From Polymyxa betae A26-41 (Eukaryota > Protista > Endomyxa: Phytomyxea): 45,922 nt of DNA. How positions within the stretch are numbered: the stretch's first letter is position 1; every line of letters begins with the position of its first letter. The stretch covers positions 1 through 45,922 of the forward strand of contig RBZT01000690.1 in NCBI GenBank assembly GCA_003693705.1, written 5' to 3'. The notes under the pieces were generated by a model. It was given only the letters and a program-made list of their open reading frames with translations, ran no database searches and was not told the DNA's origin. The position numbers and the translations under genes were made by a program. Below are positions 20,363 to 31,219 of the stretch, piece by piece.

Positions 20363-21955
20363 ATGACCAATTATGACGTCAAATGGGCGGAACTAGAGGA
20401 GCGCCGGCTCAACGTCGCCGCCGAGCTCGAAAGCCTGGATTGGCGAGCGCATCGTCGAGAACGCGAACGTGGTCAAATCGGGATCTTCTATCGAAAGAAG
20501 CTTCAGGCGTCGCTCCGAACGCTGCACCAAAGGAAAGCCGAGACTCGTCGAATTCAGCAAGCATTGCAACAGAAAATCGATGAAAATCTTGCAATGACAC
20601 CAGCTCGACGCGATCGTTCCATCGACGAATTAAAGAAGCGTTATGGGTCCTTGGTTGAATCAATGAAAGCGTCGTGGTTGGATACGACAAATCAGCGCGC
20701 CATTGATCGCCTGGCCAATGTTGAACGCAGCTTGCAGCAATCGGTTGCCATGCACGAATACGAGCAGGATTTAGCAACTCGCGAAAAGCAAATCAAAGAC
20801 CGGATTCGTGAACAACGACAGCGTGTTCGCTCGATTCAGGAACAGTTGACCAAAGCCCGAAACGATGAAGAAGATGAGACCTTTGCGATGCAAATCGAAG
20901 AGCAGCGGCAAGAAGCCGAAGCTCGAGCTCGTGCTGCCGCAGAATTGGCCGAGCGCGAACGACAACGAGAACTGAGCCGATTGCAGCTGGCCGTTGAAAC
21001 TGAACAACGCCTGAAGGATGCTGTTGCCCAGGAGACACAGAAGGAGAAAGAGATTGTCGGCATTCAGGCTCAGATGGTACGAACAGCTACTTCGTCATAT
21101 TTGCTGGAGACGCAATTAGAACGACGTCTGCAAGCAAGCGAACAAAACCAAGCGCCAACAAGCCCACCTGAAGGAAACTTAGCTGATGAAAAGATGAACA
21201 ATGTTTCCGGGAACCAGCAAGAAAAGCCGCCAAGTCCAGCTGCTAACAATCCAGCGAAAAATCAAACACCCCGATCTGTCACCTTCGATGTCGATACAGA
21301 ATCGGAATCTTCACGTACAAATCTGCAGATTGTAGTCGATCCTGAATTTCTGTCAAAACAAAAGCTTGCAAATAGCAATGATGCGAATACAACTGTTCAG
21401 CTCAAAGATCCAGTTACAGCGGCATTGAAAGCAGTGCCGCTTTCAAACATCAAAGAACCCGAAAACGTTCTCCTCCGATCGACGGAAAGCCAAGACAAGA
21501 GGAAAGATCCGACCCCAGAAATATTAGCTGCGAAAGAAGAACAGCCAAGTTCGAGAGCATTGCAGTCCAGACAAGAGTCGCAGGCAGAGCCATCAACGCC
21601 TGCGTACGAATTGGTTCCAAAACCGATGCCGAAACCAAGCCGGTTGGGACTATCATTAATCGGCTTGATGGCAGATCCGATCACATCAAGCGAAGACGAC
21701 TTCTCAGAGCAGAGCCGCATAGTGCCTGAGAAGGCAGAGCCAAAGGAGCCAGAGAAGCCACCAGAGCCCAGCTCGGCCGCTACAACGACGAAGAACGTAG
21801 TGCGTCCTAAACTGAAGCTATCAAGCCTGATATCGGGAGAAGAAACCGATTCGGACGACATCTCTCTCGAGCTGAAAGCGAAACCAGTCCTCAATGGGTC
21901 AACTTCTGTAGCTCAATCTTCAGATAAACCGACCTTAGATGAATTTGATTTTTAA
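20363..21955 (+). CDS. Coiled-coil protein with a disordered acidic/Pro-rich tail (possibly centrosomal)
   Basis: ~530-aa intronless ORF with a heptad-rich N-terminal half; ends DEFDF*. Confidence 0.75.
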   Translation: MTNYDVKWAELEERRLNVAAELESLDWRAHRRERERGQIGIFYRKKLQASLRTLHQRKAETRRIQQALQQKIDENLAMTPARRDRSIDELKKRYGSLVESMKASWLDTTNQRAIDRLANVERSLQQSVAMHEYEQDLATREKQIKDRIREQRQRVRSIQEQLTKARNDEEDETFAMQIEEQRQEAEARARAAAELAERERQRELSRLQLAVETEQRLKDAVAQETQKEKEIVGIQAQMVRTATSSYLLETQLERRLQASEQNQAPTSPPEGNLADEKMNNVSGNQQEKPPSPAANNPAKNQTPRSVTFDVDTESESSRTNLQIVVDPEFLSKQKLANSNDANTTVQLKDPVTAALKAVPLSNIKEPENVLLRSTESQDKRKDPTPEILAAKEEQPSSRALQSRQESQAEPSTPAYELVPKPMPKPSRLGLSLIGLMADPITSSEDDFSEQSRIVPEKAEPKEPEKPPEPSSAATTTKNVVRPKLKLSSLISGEETDSDDISLELKAKPVLNGSTSVAQSSDKPTLDEFDF

Positions 21956-22749
21956 ACGGTTTTACTACTGTTCGATGACTCGTCGCGATCGAAAAACGAT
22001 TTCGAGGGTTTTCTGAACGTGTCCAGGAGGGCGGCGAATCGCCGCTTGCATTTGCTGGCTCCCGTCCTGTCGTCACCGTCGTCTTTGATGGGCGTCATCA
22101 AGGCGTTATGATACCCAGAAGATCTTGATCGAGTCCTGACCGAGCCGGATTCTTCTTCCGAACACGATCCGCCGCCTTCCGTATACCTTGTTAAAGGTTT
22201 CACATCAATCGGTGGTATTAGCAGCGTGTTTCGGGGCGTCCCTTGCAAAACCGTTCCATCATCGCTTACTCCAGATGGCCTCCGTAGGCCATTTTGCAAA
22301 AGTTCGAAATCGACATAATCGGATATCCTTCGCTCTAAGTCCATCAGCAGTTTTCGACGCGGTTCAGAAATCGTGATCGATTGCGATTCGTAACAATCGG
22401 TGTTGTACTCATCCGACGACGACTCGGTCTCTAACGTCCTGGTGCTCTGTCGGCGACTCTGTAATCGCCTACGAACACCCAGTTCGTAGATCATATCACG
22501 AACCTGTGTTTGGTTAAAATTTTTCTTGCCAAGATCTGCCCTATTTACTTGATGGAGAATCCGCCAGCGACGGAAGCATCGCTGTATGGTGGTCGCGGCC
22601 TGATGCTGCACATCATTACGCAGGTCGCGATTCTCGCGCTCCAGATCGTCGATCCGACGCAGCGCCTGCTGGAGATGGTCGAACAGCGGCTGGAAGACGG
22701 TTTGGGCCTGCTCCAAGGCGGCGATCACCCGTTCATTCGACGAGCTCAT
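21952..22749 (-). CDS. Coiled-coil + single IQ-motif protein
   Basis: AATTIQRCFRRW IQ motif after LRRIDDLERENRDLR. Confidence 0.75.
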   Translation of the reverse strand: MSSSNERVIAALEQAQTVFQPLFDHLQQALRRIDDLERENRDLRNDVQHQAATTIQRCFRRWRILHQVNRADLGKKNFNQTQVRDMIYELGVRRRLQSRRQSTRTLETESSSDEYNTDCYESQSITISEPRRKLLMDLERRISDYVDFELLQNGLRRPSGVSDDGTVLQGTPRNTLLIPPIDVKPLTRYTEGGGSCSEEESGSVRTRSRSSGYHNALMTPIKDDGDDRTGASKCKRRFAALLDTFRKPSKSFFDRDESSNSSKTV

Positions 22750-22886
22750 CTAACAGAATGACAGTTGATGAATGTCTCCCATCGTGTGTAGTCTGATGAC
22801 AGGGAGAGGGTCCCGCCGTCACAACAGTCACGTCTCGTATCGTAATTTGATACGAAAGGGGGTTCCTCCATGCAAGTCAAACAACC

Positions 22887-23870
22887 CTAGCTAGGGTTTT
22901 TATTCGTCGTTATCTGCCCGGGCGTCGTCGTCGTTGGCATGAAGCCGGGGGCAACGTCGCCGACCGAGTGGCGGCGCATGGGCGCGCTTGAGCGATCAGG
23001 TCCCATTCGGAAATCGCGCGACCGGCGTTCGGCTGGCGGGGAGGCGGCTGGAGGGCGCGGCGCCACTGCTGAGCCTGGTTCGGACGGATTGGTGCCTTGG
23101 ATCCGAGTCCATTCAGCGATGGCGCTTTGAAGATCGGGCGTTAGGGCCCGGATGCCGACCTGATCTTTCCGAATCGGGGCGGCGGTGAAGATAACCAGAG
23201 CCGAGCCGCATTGTTGCTTGCTGATCACAGCCGTGATCGTATCGGAAGCAGCGATAGTTGTAACCTCTTCCGATGTACTAATCGACATTGTTATCTGATC
23301 CCATAAAGCAGTATTATCTCGTGCTACAATCGCCCGCCTCCTCGGCTCGATCTCGTCGAGGCGGTAGAGGCGGGCCGGGAACCCATTGTCAACCAATTCG
23401 CATTGAATTACAGAATCGATAGCGAACACGTCGAGAAGGTTTCGACCCAGATAAGTTGACAGCAAAGGCCTGACAACCGTCTTCGAGAAATCGCCCAATT
23501 CTGCGACGGTTTCAACGTCGTCTGACGAGACGGCGACCGCAGAATGAACGGTATAGTCGTTTACCCGATCGCTCGATTGGAACGGCAGCGAATCCAGTCG
23601 ATCCGTAATCATTTTCGGGAGGACAGAATCGGCGCTGGAGTTCAGAATCGAGACGACATATTTGGGGGAGCGCCAGACGCTAATTGGAACGGAGTCTATC
23701 GTGGTGAAAACAGCGCCGCCGTTCGAGAATTCAGCAACCGCTGCCAGCAGCCGGCAAAGAGGCCCTTTTCGAAGTCGTTGGACCAATTCTGGGACGTCGC
23801 CCAGCGGCTCATAAATCAGGCACGAGCCCCGAGTATCGTTGACGAAGCATACCGCCCAGGATATGGACAT
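22887..23870 (-). CDS. Hypothetical protein
   Basis: 327-aa ATG-initiated ORF with globular-looking composition. No family recognised. Confidence 0.65.
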   Translation of the reverse strand: MSISWAVCFVNDTRGSCLIYEPLGDVPELVQRLRKGPLCRLLAAVAEFSNGGAVFTTIDSVPISVWRSPKYVVSILNSSADSVLPKMITDRLDSLPFQSSDRVNDYTVHSAVAVSSDDVETVAELGDFSKTVVRPLLSTYLGRNLLDVFAIDSVIQCELVDNGFPARLYRLDEIEPRRRAIVARDNTALWDQITMSISTSEEVTTIAASDTITAVISKQQCGSALVIFTAAPIRKDQVGIRALTPDLQSAIAEWTRIQGTNPSEPGSAVAPRPPAASPPAERRSRDFRMGPDRSSAPMRRHSVGDVAPGFMPTTTTPGQITTNKNPS

Positions 23871-23964
23871 TTGCGATCAAACGGAACCGTACTGCCTCAG
23901 ACAGTGACAGCAAAACGACGAAGATTATTATTGATATATAGAATGAACGATGACGTTTCAAACA

Positions 23965-24894
23965 TCATCGAACAGGAGCTGCATTTGCAACGTCTACTGA
24001 AAAATGTGTAGAAGCGGCCTAACAACAAAACCAATCAGCATTGAAATAAGGACAAAGCAAGCGCAAAAGCGATACCCATCGTTGCAGAATATTAACTTGT
24101 TGTGGAGTGAGAATAGCTTGAAAGTTGGCGGATTCTTCAGATATCTGCTCATCGATTCTGTGGCATTCCGAGCGAACTCTCTCACCCAGCGTTTTAGTAT
24201 GAGCCATTGATTGACGAAGCGATCGAATGGACATTTGACGGGCGCGTAGTGCGCTGAGCTGGTCGCTATCTAATCCGATTTCGCCTTCCAATAAACTGTG
24301 CCATAGTCCAGGCTGGTTATAAAATTCAGGAGGTTGATCTAAAGACCAAATGGCGAATTTCACTGGAACTGATGGAGTGATGCATTGTGATGCTAAATCC
24401 AGATATTGACCAGAGCGGCGTAGAGGTCCAGCAGCCGAAGGTATTCTTAACGCATTCGAAGCGCGACGAACCCGATCTTGTGCTTCAGCAACGGCTTCCT
24501 TTAACTGCCGAACTCGCTGTTCGAGATCGCTGATGTACTGTTTCTTTCGTAACCGGCTGGCGCGAGCTAATTCAGCCTTCCGGGCGAGTCGCGCCGATGG
24601 CTTAGCAGCTGACTGTTGTGGAATAGGCGGCGCCCCTGCTGTAGCTGCCCACTGAATGCCAGGATCGTCTTCGCTGGACGCAACCATAAACAGCGATAAC
24701 AGTTCATTATCGACATCAGGCTGGACGAGATATGGCGGCTGCGGAGCATGAGGCATGGGCGGCAGCTGCCGATGCAGACGATGCTGATGGCTTAGGGCAT
24801 TGACGTCATCGTGCCGATGCATAGGAAGCGACGTCGCCAACTGATCCGCAGACGCGCACATGTCATGATCTGAAATGGCGACACAGTACACCAC
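23965..24894 (-). CDS. bZIP transcription factor with a C-terminal helical domain
   Basis: RLARKAELARASRLRKKQYISDLEQRVRQLK basic region and zipper. A probable last intron after QRW extends the end to ~23965. The start is uncertain. Confidence 0.85.
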
Positions 24895-24982
24895 CCAACG
24901 AGCCCAACCACATCGTGCTGCGTAATAAACTAAAAACCCATAGAGATAGCTTCATAAGGGCGTTTATCTAATGCTAATTAAA

Positions 24983-26654
24983 CTATTCGTCATCGTCTTC
25001 AGACTCTTCGCTTTCATCGGCTTCGTCGTCAGCGCTAGCAGTTGCAGCACTTGGAGCTGGTTGTTTACTCTGGTCGATGGTCGCCTTGGATACCTTGGCT
25101 TGCTGCATTCGCTCAGTAGCGGAACCGGCCTGCTTGTACAGATAGACAGCGAATACTAGGATACCAGCCAAGAACGTGAAAATGAAGGGAAGAGGATTGT
25201 CAGAGATGGGAGCCAAGTATGGAGCGACCGAGTTGACAAGAGTTCTAAACTGGCGAATAGCCCAGATGCCATCAGCTGTGCTATCAGCACCGGTGGCTGA
25301 TTCAGGCTGGCTTGGGGCGAATTCAGCATGAGCAGCAACTTCCCTGTCATGCTTAGCCTTGAAATCGGCGGTATATTGGTCAGCCTCGGAAACTGAGTTA
25401 CCAATGTAGATGTTGTCGAATTCGATGCCGTTCTGCATCGTCCAGAGCTCGAAAGCGACGTCAGTAATCATCGCCATGCCCTTGGTGGCGTCGTCGGTCT
25501 TGAAGTAGTTCGGGTTGGGAATTTGCCTTGGAGCCCAGACACCATCATAGTCAGGGTTGTCGATCATTTCGGGTTTCCATTTGCCTTTGTACAGAGGGTT
25601 GGGAATCAAAGGTGCAGTCCATGGTCCACATCCGTGAGCCTCACACTCCGGGTTGTCAACCAATGGGGCTTTCCATTCACCATCGTCTTCGTCATCCCAA
25701 TCTTCAGGCTTCTTCGCTTCCGGATCAGGAACCTTGAGAGGGGCATTTTCATCCCAAGTTTCAGGCTGCATAAAAGAAATTAGATAAAAGACTTCATTGA
25801 GAATTGACTCCGTACCTTGACGGCATTAGGATCCTTGACAAGCTTCGGCTGATCTTCATCCCAGTCTTCAGGCTTGACTTGGTTTGGGTCAGGAATCTTG
25901 GCAATGTCGTTCCAGGTCTCCGGCTTTTTATCGTCAGGATCAGGGATCGTTTCGGGCGGGATGATGGACGGTTCGAAATCAGTAGCAGACAGCAGGTTTC
26001 CTTCCGATTTAACAACATCGTCGATTTTGATAGCGTACGAGTTATCAGCGTGGATTTCCAGACGGTACAGGTGAGTGAAACGGTCGTTGACAATAGCGGG
26101 AACCTTCTTGCAGTGATGCTCAGACCATTCATCAGTAGTCGGCGACTTGTGTTTCACGATGAAGTGAACCTTATCAGTGGCACCGCATTTGTCGGGTCCA
26201 AACATGATCGAATAAGGCGTATCCGAGTCGACAGGCTCGTCAGTCAGATCCGCAGGGACCGAAAGAGCCTTCATATAGGATCCACCACATTCCATATGGT
26301 TATGAAAACGGACCTCATACTGAAGGACAACTGCTGGGCTGCCATGAGGATCGACAGGCTCGGTGAGTTGCTTGGAAATCGTATGACGTCGGGCCGGGGA
26401 TTTCACAATCAGACCATAGTCGCCTTCTTCATGTCCATGCCACTTCGTATCTCCCTGTGATAACTCCCATTCACCTTGGGCGCTCTCGGTCTTGGACACT
26501 TTCCACTTGAGCGCATTCAAGTCCGTTGACGGGAACGTCTCATGGGTCGCCGTTTCTGTAAACAGATTTAGCAAGAGGGAGACTTCGGATTCGTAAAAGA
26601 CCAACCTGCGATGGCGCCAGCCGCCAGCAGAGCAGCGATGAATAGCCTCATCAT
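24983..26654 (-). CDS. CANX: Calnexin (3 exons)
   Basis: Signal peptide MRLFIAALLAAGAIA, LQYEVRF..ECGGSYMK, YSIMFGPDKCG, P-domain repeats KPEDWDE/GEWKAPLVDNP, FELWTMQ, transmembrane segment and acidic tail. Confidence 0.96.
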
Positions 26655-27108
26655 ATCGGTTTCACTACTGACCGATTATAGGGAGCAGAACACAGCCGAC
26701 TAAATGCAAAGGTAACGCAAAAGAGGTTGCGTCGACCTGTGGCCTTCGAGACCGCGCAACCCGCATCGACGTGACCGGTTGGATTCTTCCATGACTTAGA
26801 GGAAGGCCACGCTCTCATTCCAGTCGATTCCCAAAATCCAGCATAAATCAAACATTGCGCCAAGCACAAACCTTGCCACAAATCGGTTTACTTCACTACA
26901 CAAACGTTGACGTGATTAAAACCCTGTGTTGGCTTATTTTCTGACATTTATGTATTCTATGAACCTGATCATCACCTGCTGGGCAAGCGGTGTCCAAGCC
27001 CCCGAAACGGGTCGCTGTTCTTACTGAGCCTCATAATATGAAAACTAACGCCATGCCATGTGAGCCAGACTATTCATACTGCTGCAGGATAATAATGCAA
27101 TCAACATC

Positions 27109-27769
27109 CTAATACACCATGTTTGTATATGAATTTTGCTGGTCTATTCGAACGTCCCGGATCTGATAAAACAATATTATGCTGGCAAAGAAATCCAGGA
27201 GATAATCGAAACTATCAGGGTCTACAGAAACAGTTGCCATAAAACTGCCTTCATCACGACTTGCATGCGATTGAAATAGGCTGGCATAGAGCATCCGAAA
27301 CCAGAAAGTTTCTACTCTTGAATGTGACCCATGCTCGTAAGAGGACAAAGCAGAAGCTGCAGGCGCCGACTCATCTCCGTAGGCAGGTTTTGAAGAAACT
27401 GTGCTGTATTTCACTCAAGCATGTTACGCATAAAGTTTTTTGGTGTTACGGCTGACATAAACCTGGCCAAATTTTAGTACTAAATTGCGTAATTACGGAG
27501 GTTTTGGAAGCGGTCCAAATGTTGCGTTCGAGGATTCCATAGTATGTTCGACCAGTCAACATGGATACTCGTGGGCATTCTGGCTTCGCTGATAGCAAAA
27601 ATTCGTTCGGTATAGCTAATATTTCCAGCATAGTAGATCTTCCTTCATGCGAAATCGTCATATTTACGGCTGCAGTTATTCTACTTACGGATGAACCCGG
27701 ACACCGATGCCGAGGGCGATTATTTTTTGACTCTGAACTCTTTGTCGAATTGTTTCCCAAATCACTCAA
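27109..27769 (-). CDS. Possible two-exon hypothetical protein
   Basis: Two adjacent ~100-aa minus ORFs joinable by a ~50-nt GT-AG intron near 27414-27462. No motif and no clear start. Confidence 0.3.
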
Positions 27770-27865
27770 ATTGCAAGTATGACAAATAATGTGAAATGGT
27801 TTTATTATTTATTATGAATTAGTGACTCGAGACCGAGATGATAAATACGAGAAGCATCGAGCAGA

Positions 27866-28662
27866 TCAGGCGGCCTTGGAAGGCAGCGAATGGATCATAT
27901 CGATTAGTTCCTGCTTCTCAAGCACGCCATGAATATCGTGCACGTTGTTGTCAAACAAAACCTTCTTCAGCTCGGTAACTGAGAGATGCTTTAGCACCTC
28001 ATCGGTCCAGGTCTGAGGCGGACCGCTGGGACGAAGATGCTCGGGTGGGCCCAACAGCACTTTCAATTCGACTTCCAACCCGGGTTTACGAGGCTTGCCA
28101 GCCCATTTAACTGAAATTCATATTTAAGATTCGAATGAAACAGCCTTAAAAGCAAAGGCGTACTTTTACCATCCTTATCGACGACAAAAGCGACAGGATG
28201 TTCGTACTGGACATCAGTAGCCTGACGAAGCTTGTCGCTGACGAAATCGCCGCGATTCGTGTCGATCGCGACACGGAACGGAATCTGGTTTTTATACTTC
28301 TGGCAGAAGTCCTGGACAGCTTGGCGTGATTCTTTGAAGATCGCGAGCATCTCGAAGTCCTTGCGCTTGTCGTATTCGGAACACAGATAATTAAGATGCT
28401 CCAGACTATCAATGCACTCGTCGTGCTGCCTATCAAACGAATACAGTTCTATCACGATTAATAGAGGAAGCAATACTCCATACGTATTCAGAAGGAAGAT
28501 TGCGAGGACAAATTTCTGCTGCAGGAATTGTTCGAAATTGATCTCGTTTCCTCTGAGGAATTCCAGGCCCTGGATCTTGGGCAACGGGACGGCGAGCGGC
28601 GTCAAATCCGACATCGCGATGTTGATGGTTGGATCGGAAACTTGGTTCGGTGCCGACATCAC
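27866..28662 (-). CDS. Thioredoxin-fold (TlpA/redoxin-like) protein with a C-terminal SAP/HeH-like motif
   Basis: LPKIQGLEFLRG, ECIDSLEHLNYL, IPFRVAID, HPVAFVVDKDGK; C-terminal LSVTELKKVLFDNNV..HGVLEKQELIDMI. Two short introns are likely. Confidence 0.7.
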
Positions 28663-29191
28663 TTGTGATACACTAAACGAATGAACGATCGCATCGCTAT
28701 GGGATAATTCATATGTGTCGTGGGATAATGCGCTTGGAATCTTCGTTGAAAATTGATGAAGAGTTTCGGGTGCCCCGGTGCCCGTTGTGGTGGCAACCTT
28801 GCTTGCGGCAAAAGTGAATCAGCTGCTGTTTAATGACTGATGATAACAACTTAAACATCATATCTTCTGTCTAGCTTCAATTCATAGATTACTCGTTCCC
28901 AAAACCAGCATTTTCCGATTTCTGCGGGCTGATATCGTGAAAGTGATCCGAGATCTCACCGTGAAAGTACAAATCGCTAACGTGCGAAGTAATTGAGCAT
29001 TTAAAGCAAATTCTGATGCAATGCAATTATCTTCTGCTACGACAACAATTGTTTGAGCTCTAGCAAAATCTGTTTTCAGTGCAATTGTTCAGAATCGCTA
29101 ATCAACCAGAACAATTTCAAACACGATTGCCCAGCATTCCTTTTTCTACAAAAGCAATTAGAAGAATTTACAATATTGCCGACAGAAGCTT

Positions 29192-29989
29192 TTAATCATC
29201 ACCCAGACGTATGCAATCGGAAATCGCCATGGCGTATTCTAACAGTAGCTCGTCGAAGTCTGGTTGTTCATTGAGGAGAATCCCAAACCAAATCGAGAAA
29301 TACTTCAGACGTTCGATGTCATGAAAGACGATTTTGCACCGCTGATTAAGGATGTCTGATTTGATGTCGCTTATGGGCCGGTCGATTCTGGCAGCGTATT
29401 TGATGATTTCGGAAAGAGGACATGCCGAAATCTTATGAAAAAAATTTGGGTCCATAAAGTTTGTGATTTCTTGCAGAGAAACATTGCAGGAAAATTCGAT
29501 GTTGTAGGACTCGTCACGAATCAGAGTCGCCAGAGATTTTCGATGCAGCTCCTGAAGATGATATCGACGAGCGAATCGCAAGGTGCCCTCACAGAGATGA
29601 GCGGAAAATCGGAAGCATAGAGCCGAGTCGATATTTGAATGCATCTTATGGTCTGAAAGATAATCGGAGAAGATGGCGAAACAAGCAAGGATTCGGGTCT
29701 CTTCCTTCAATAACTTAGACTGCACATTCGAAAAGCGAATCTGTTCAAGAAATTCACAATATCTGAGGAAAGTATACTTGGGGTCGCTAACAACATTATG
29801 TCGATTGAAAAAAGGCGGCAGGTTGAGGTCGGGAAGCGACACTTTGATAACAGGGACCCAGTCTGGATCAATGTCGATAAACCTGGCTATGCATTTCCTC
29901 ACCGTTTCACTCGACCCCTCCAATGTTGATCGGCTGACTGACATCGGCTGACCATCAACGATCAGCACCAACGTATCATCCTCAGACAT
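29192..29989 (-). CDS. Hypothetical protein with a BTB/SKP1-like N-terminus
   Basis: TLVLIVDGQPMSVSRSTLEGSSETVRKCI resembles a BTB/POZ start. A further 3' exon is possible. Confidence 0.5.
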   Translation of the reverse strand: MSEDDTLVLIVDGQPMSVSRSTLEGSSETVRKCIARFIDIDPDWVPVIKVSLPDLNLPPFFNRHNVVSDPKYTFLRYCEFLEQIRFSNVQSKLLKEETRILACFAIFSDYLSDHKMHSNIDSALCFRFSAHLCEGTLRFARRYHLQELHRKSLATLIRDESYNIEFSCNVSLQEITNFMDPNFFHKISACPLSEIIKYAARIDRPISDIKSDILNQRCKIVFHDIERLKYFSIWFGILLNEQPDFDELLLEYAMAISDCIRLGDD

Positions 29990-30201
29990 GATATGCGAAA
30001 TAAATCGCCAACCGGATTCCTCCGATAACCCGGAATCGCCACATCTCTAAAACATCATGAGACCGACCACAACTCTCTGCTTGATCTCTTAAACGAACAA
30101 CGAGATGCTTATCATGGCGGCAGATACAGCCTTGTAAACCACAACCGTGGAACCCTGCGTCGTTAACACTGACAACGATTGACGAGAATGACAATCAGGC
30201 A

Positions 30202-31156
30202 ATGGATGGATACACAGGGGAGGTTGCGCCCCCATGGTGGCTGAGCCCCTTTACTAAGCGACCCCATGGCCCCATGGTCATTCCATCAATTGAGTCGTTT
30301 ATTATTCGTCTTCTTTTGGGCGAGGGTCGTGGAGATCAAATGAGACTGACCGAATTTCGAGCTGCCATGCCTTGCAAGCCATCGCAGGCATGGTGCTGCT
30401 GGTTTCGAATCACTGGTTTGAATTCCGATGTAGGCGCTTTCTGTCTATCTGTATTGCTTGAATCGATACATTGCCGAACATGTCAGCAATGCCAAGATAT
30501 CTTTATCTGGTACCGCTGAAAATGGTGGCAAGATTTGCTTGAAAAGATCCTATAAGCTATCGAATTCAGTGCTACCAGCATGGGCTCAGATTGTAATCCC
30601 AAATGGAGTTGACGCCTCCGAGATTTGCGAAATCGACCTGTCTAACGGAGCATTGATATCGACCGTCAACTGTCCCATTCTAGAAGACAGGCTATTTATT
30701 CGTCTGGAAAGCAGGTTTCAAAAAGAGAAATGTCTTCAAAATGTACGCATGAGTGCTCCCATCTCCCAAATTGTTTAAAGTATTAACATTCCGTAGGTTT
30801 TCAACCTCTCCAAGCGCGAGCTTTCTAAAAGGAAAATCGTAGAAGCCTCTAAAATTGCCGAAGCCTCTACTTTTATCTACAAACTAGCTAGAGTTCAGTT
30901 TCGACAGTTCGGACTTCAGAATAAAATTGAAGAATTTCTCGATTCGGTATGCGTCCGTATCTTTCAACAAAAAACCTCTTGCATTTACATGAATGCCCTG
31001 CAGATGATTGCAGATATAACAAAACGACTATTTGTCAAAATCACAGAATGGCGAGATGAATGGAGCGAATTTTCCGATAGGCAGATTGGCATTCATATTA
31101 TTCACAGGAATCCCTCTAACGAAAACGATTCAGGCAGAATCCGCTCTCGATTATAA
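30202..31156 (+). CDS. Multi-exon hypothetical protein
   Basis: Successive frames are linked by short introns (about 30388-30433, 30743-30796, 30947-31003). Confidence 0.5.
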
Positions 31157-31219
31157 ATATTCGTATTCATGTAACCGACGGTTGCGCATGCCCTTCGAAA
31201 TCAATATCTTTTGTCAGTT

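Noticed and set aside
20363-21955. Assignment as centrosomal kizuna
   Set aside because: Only a vague N-terminal coiled-coil resemblance, which is not enough to name it.
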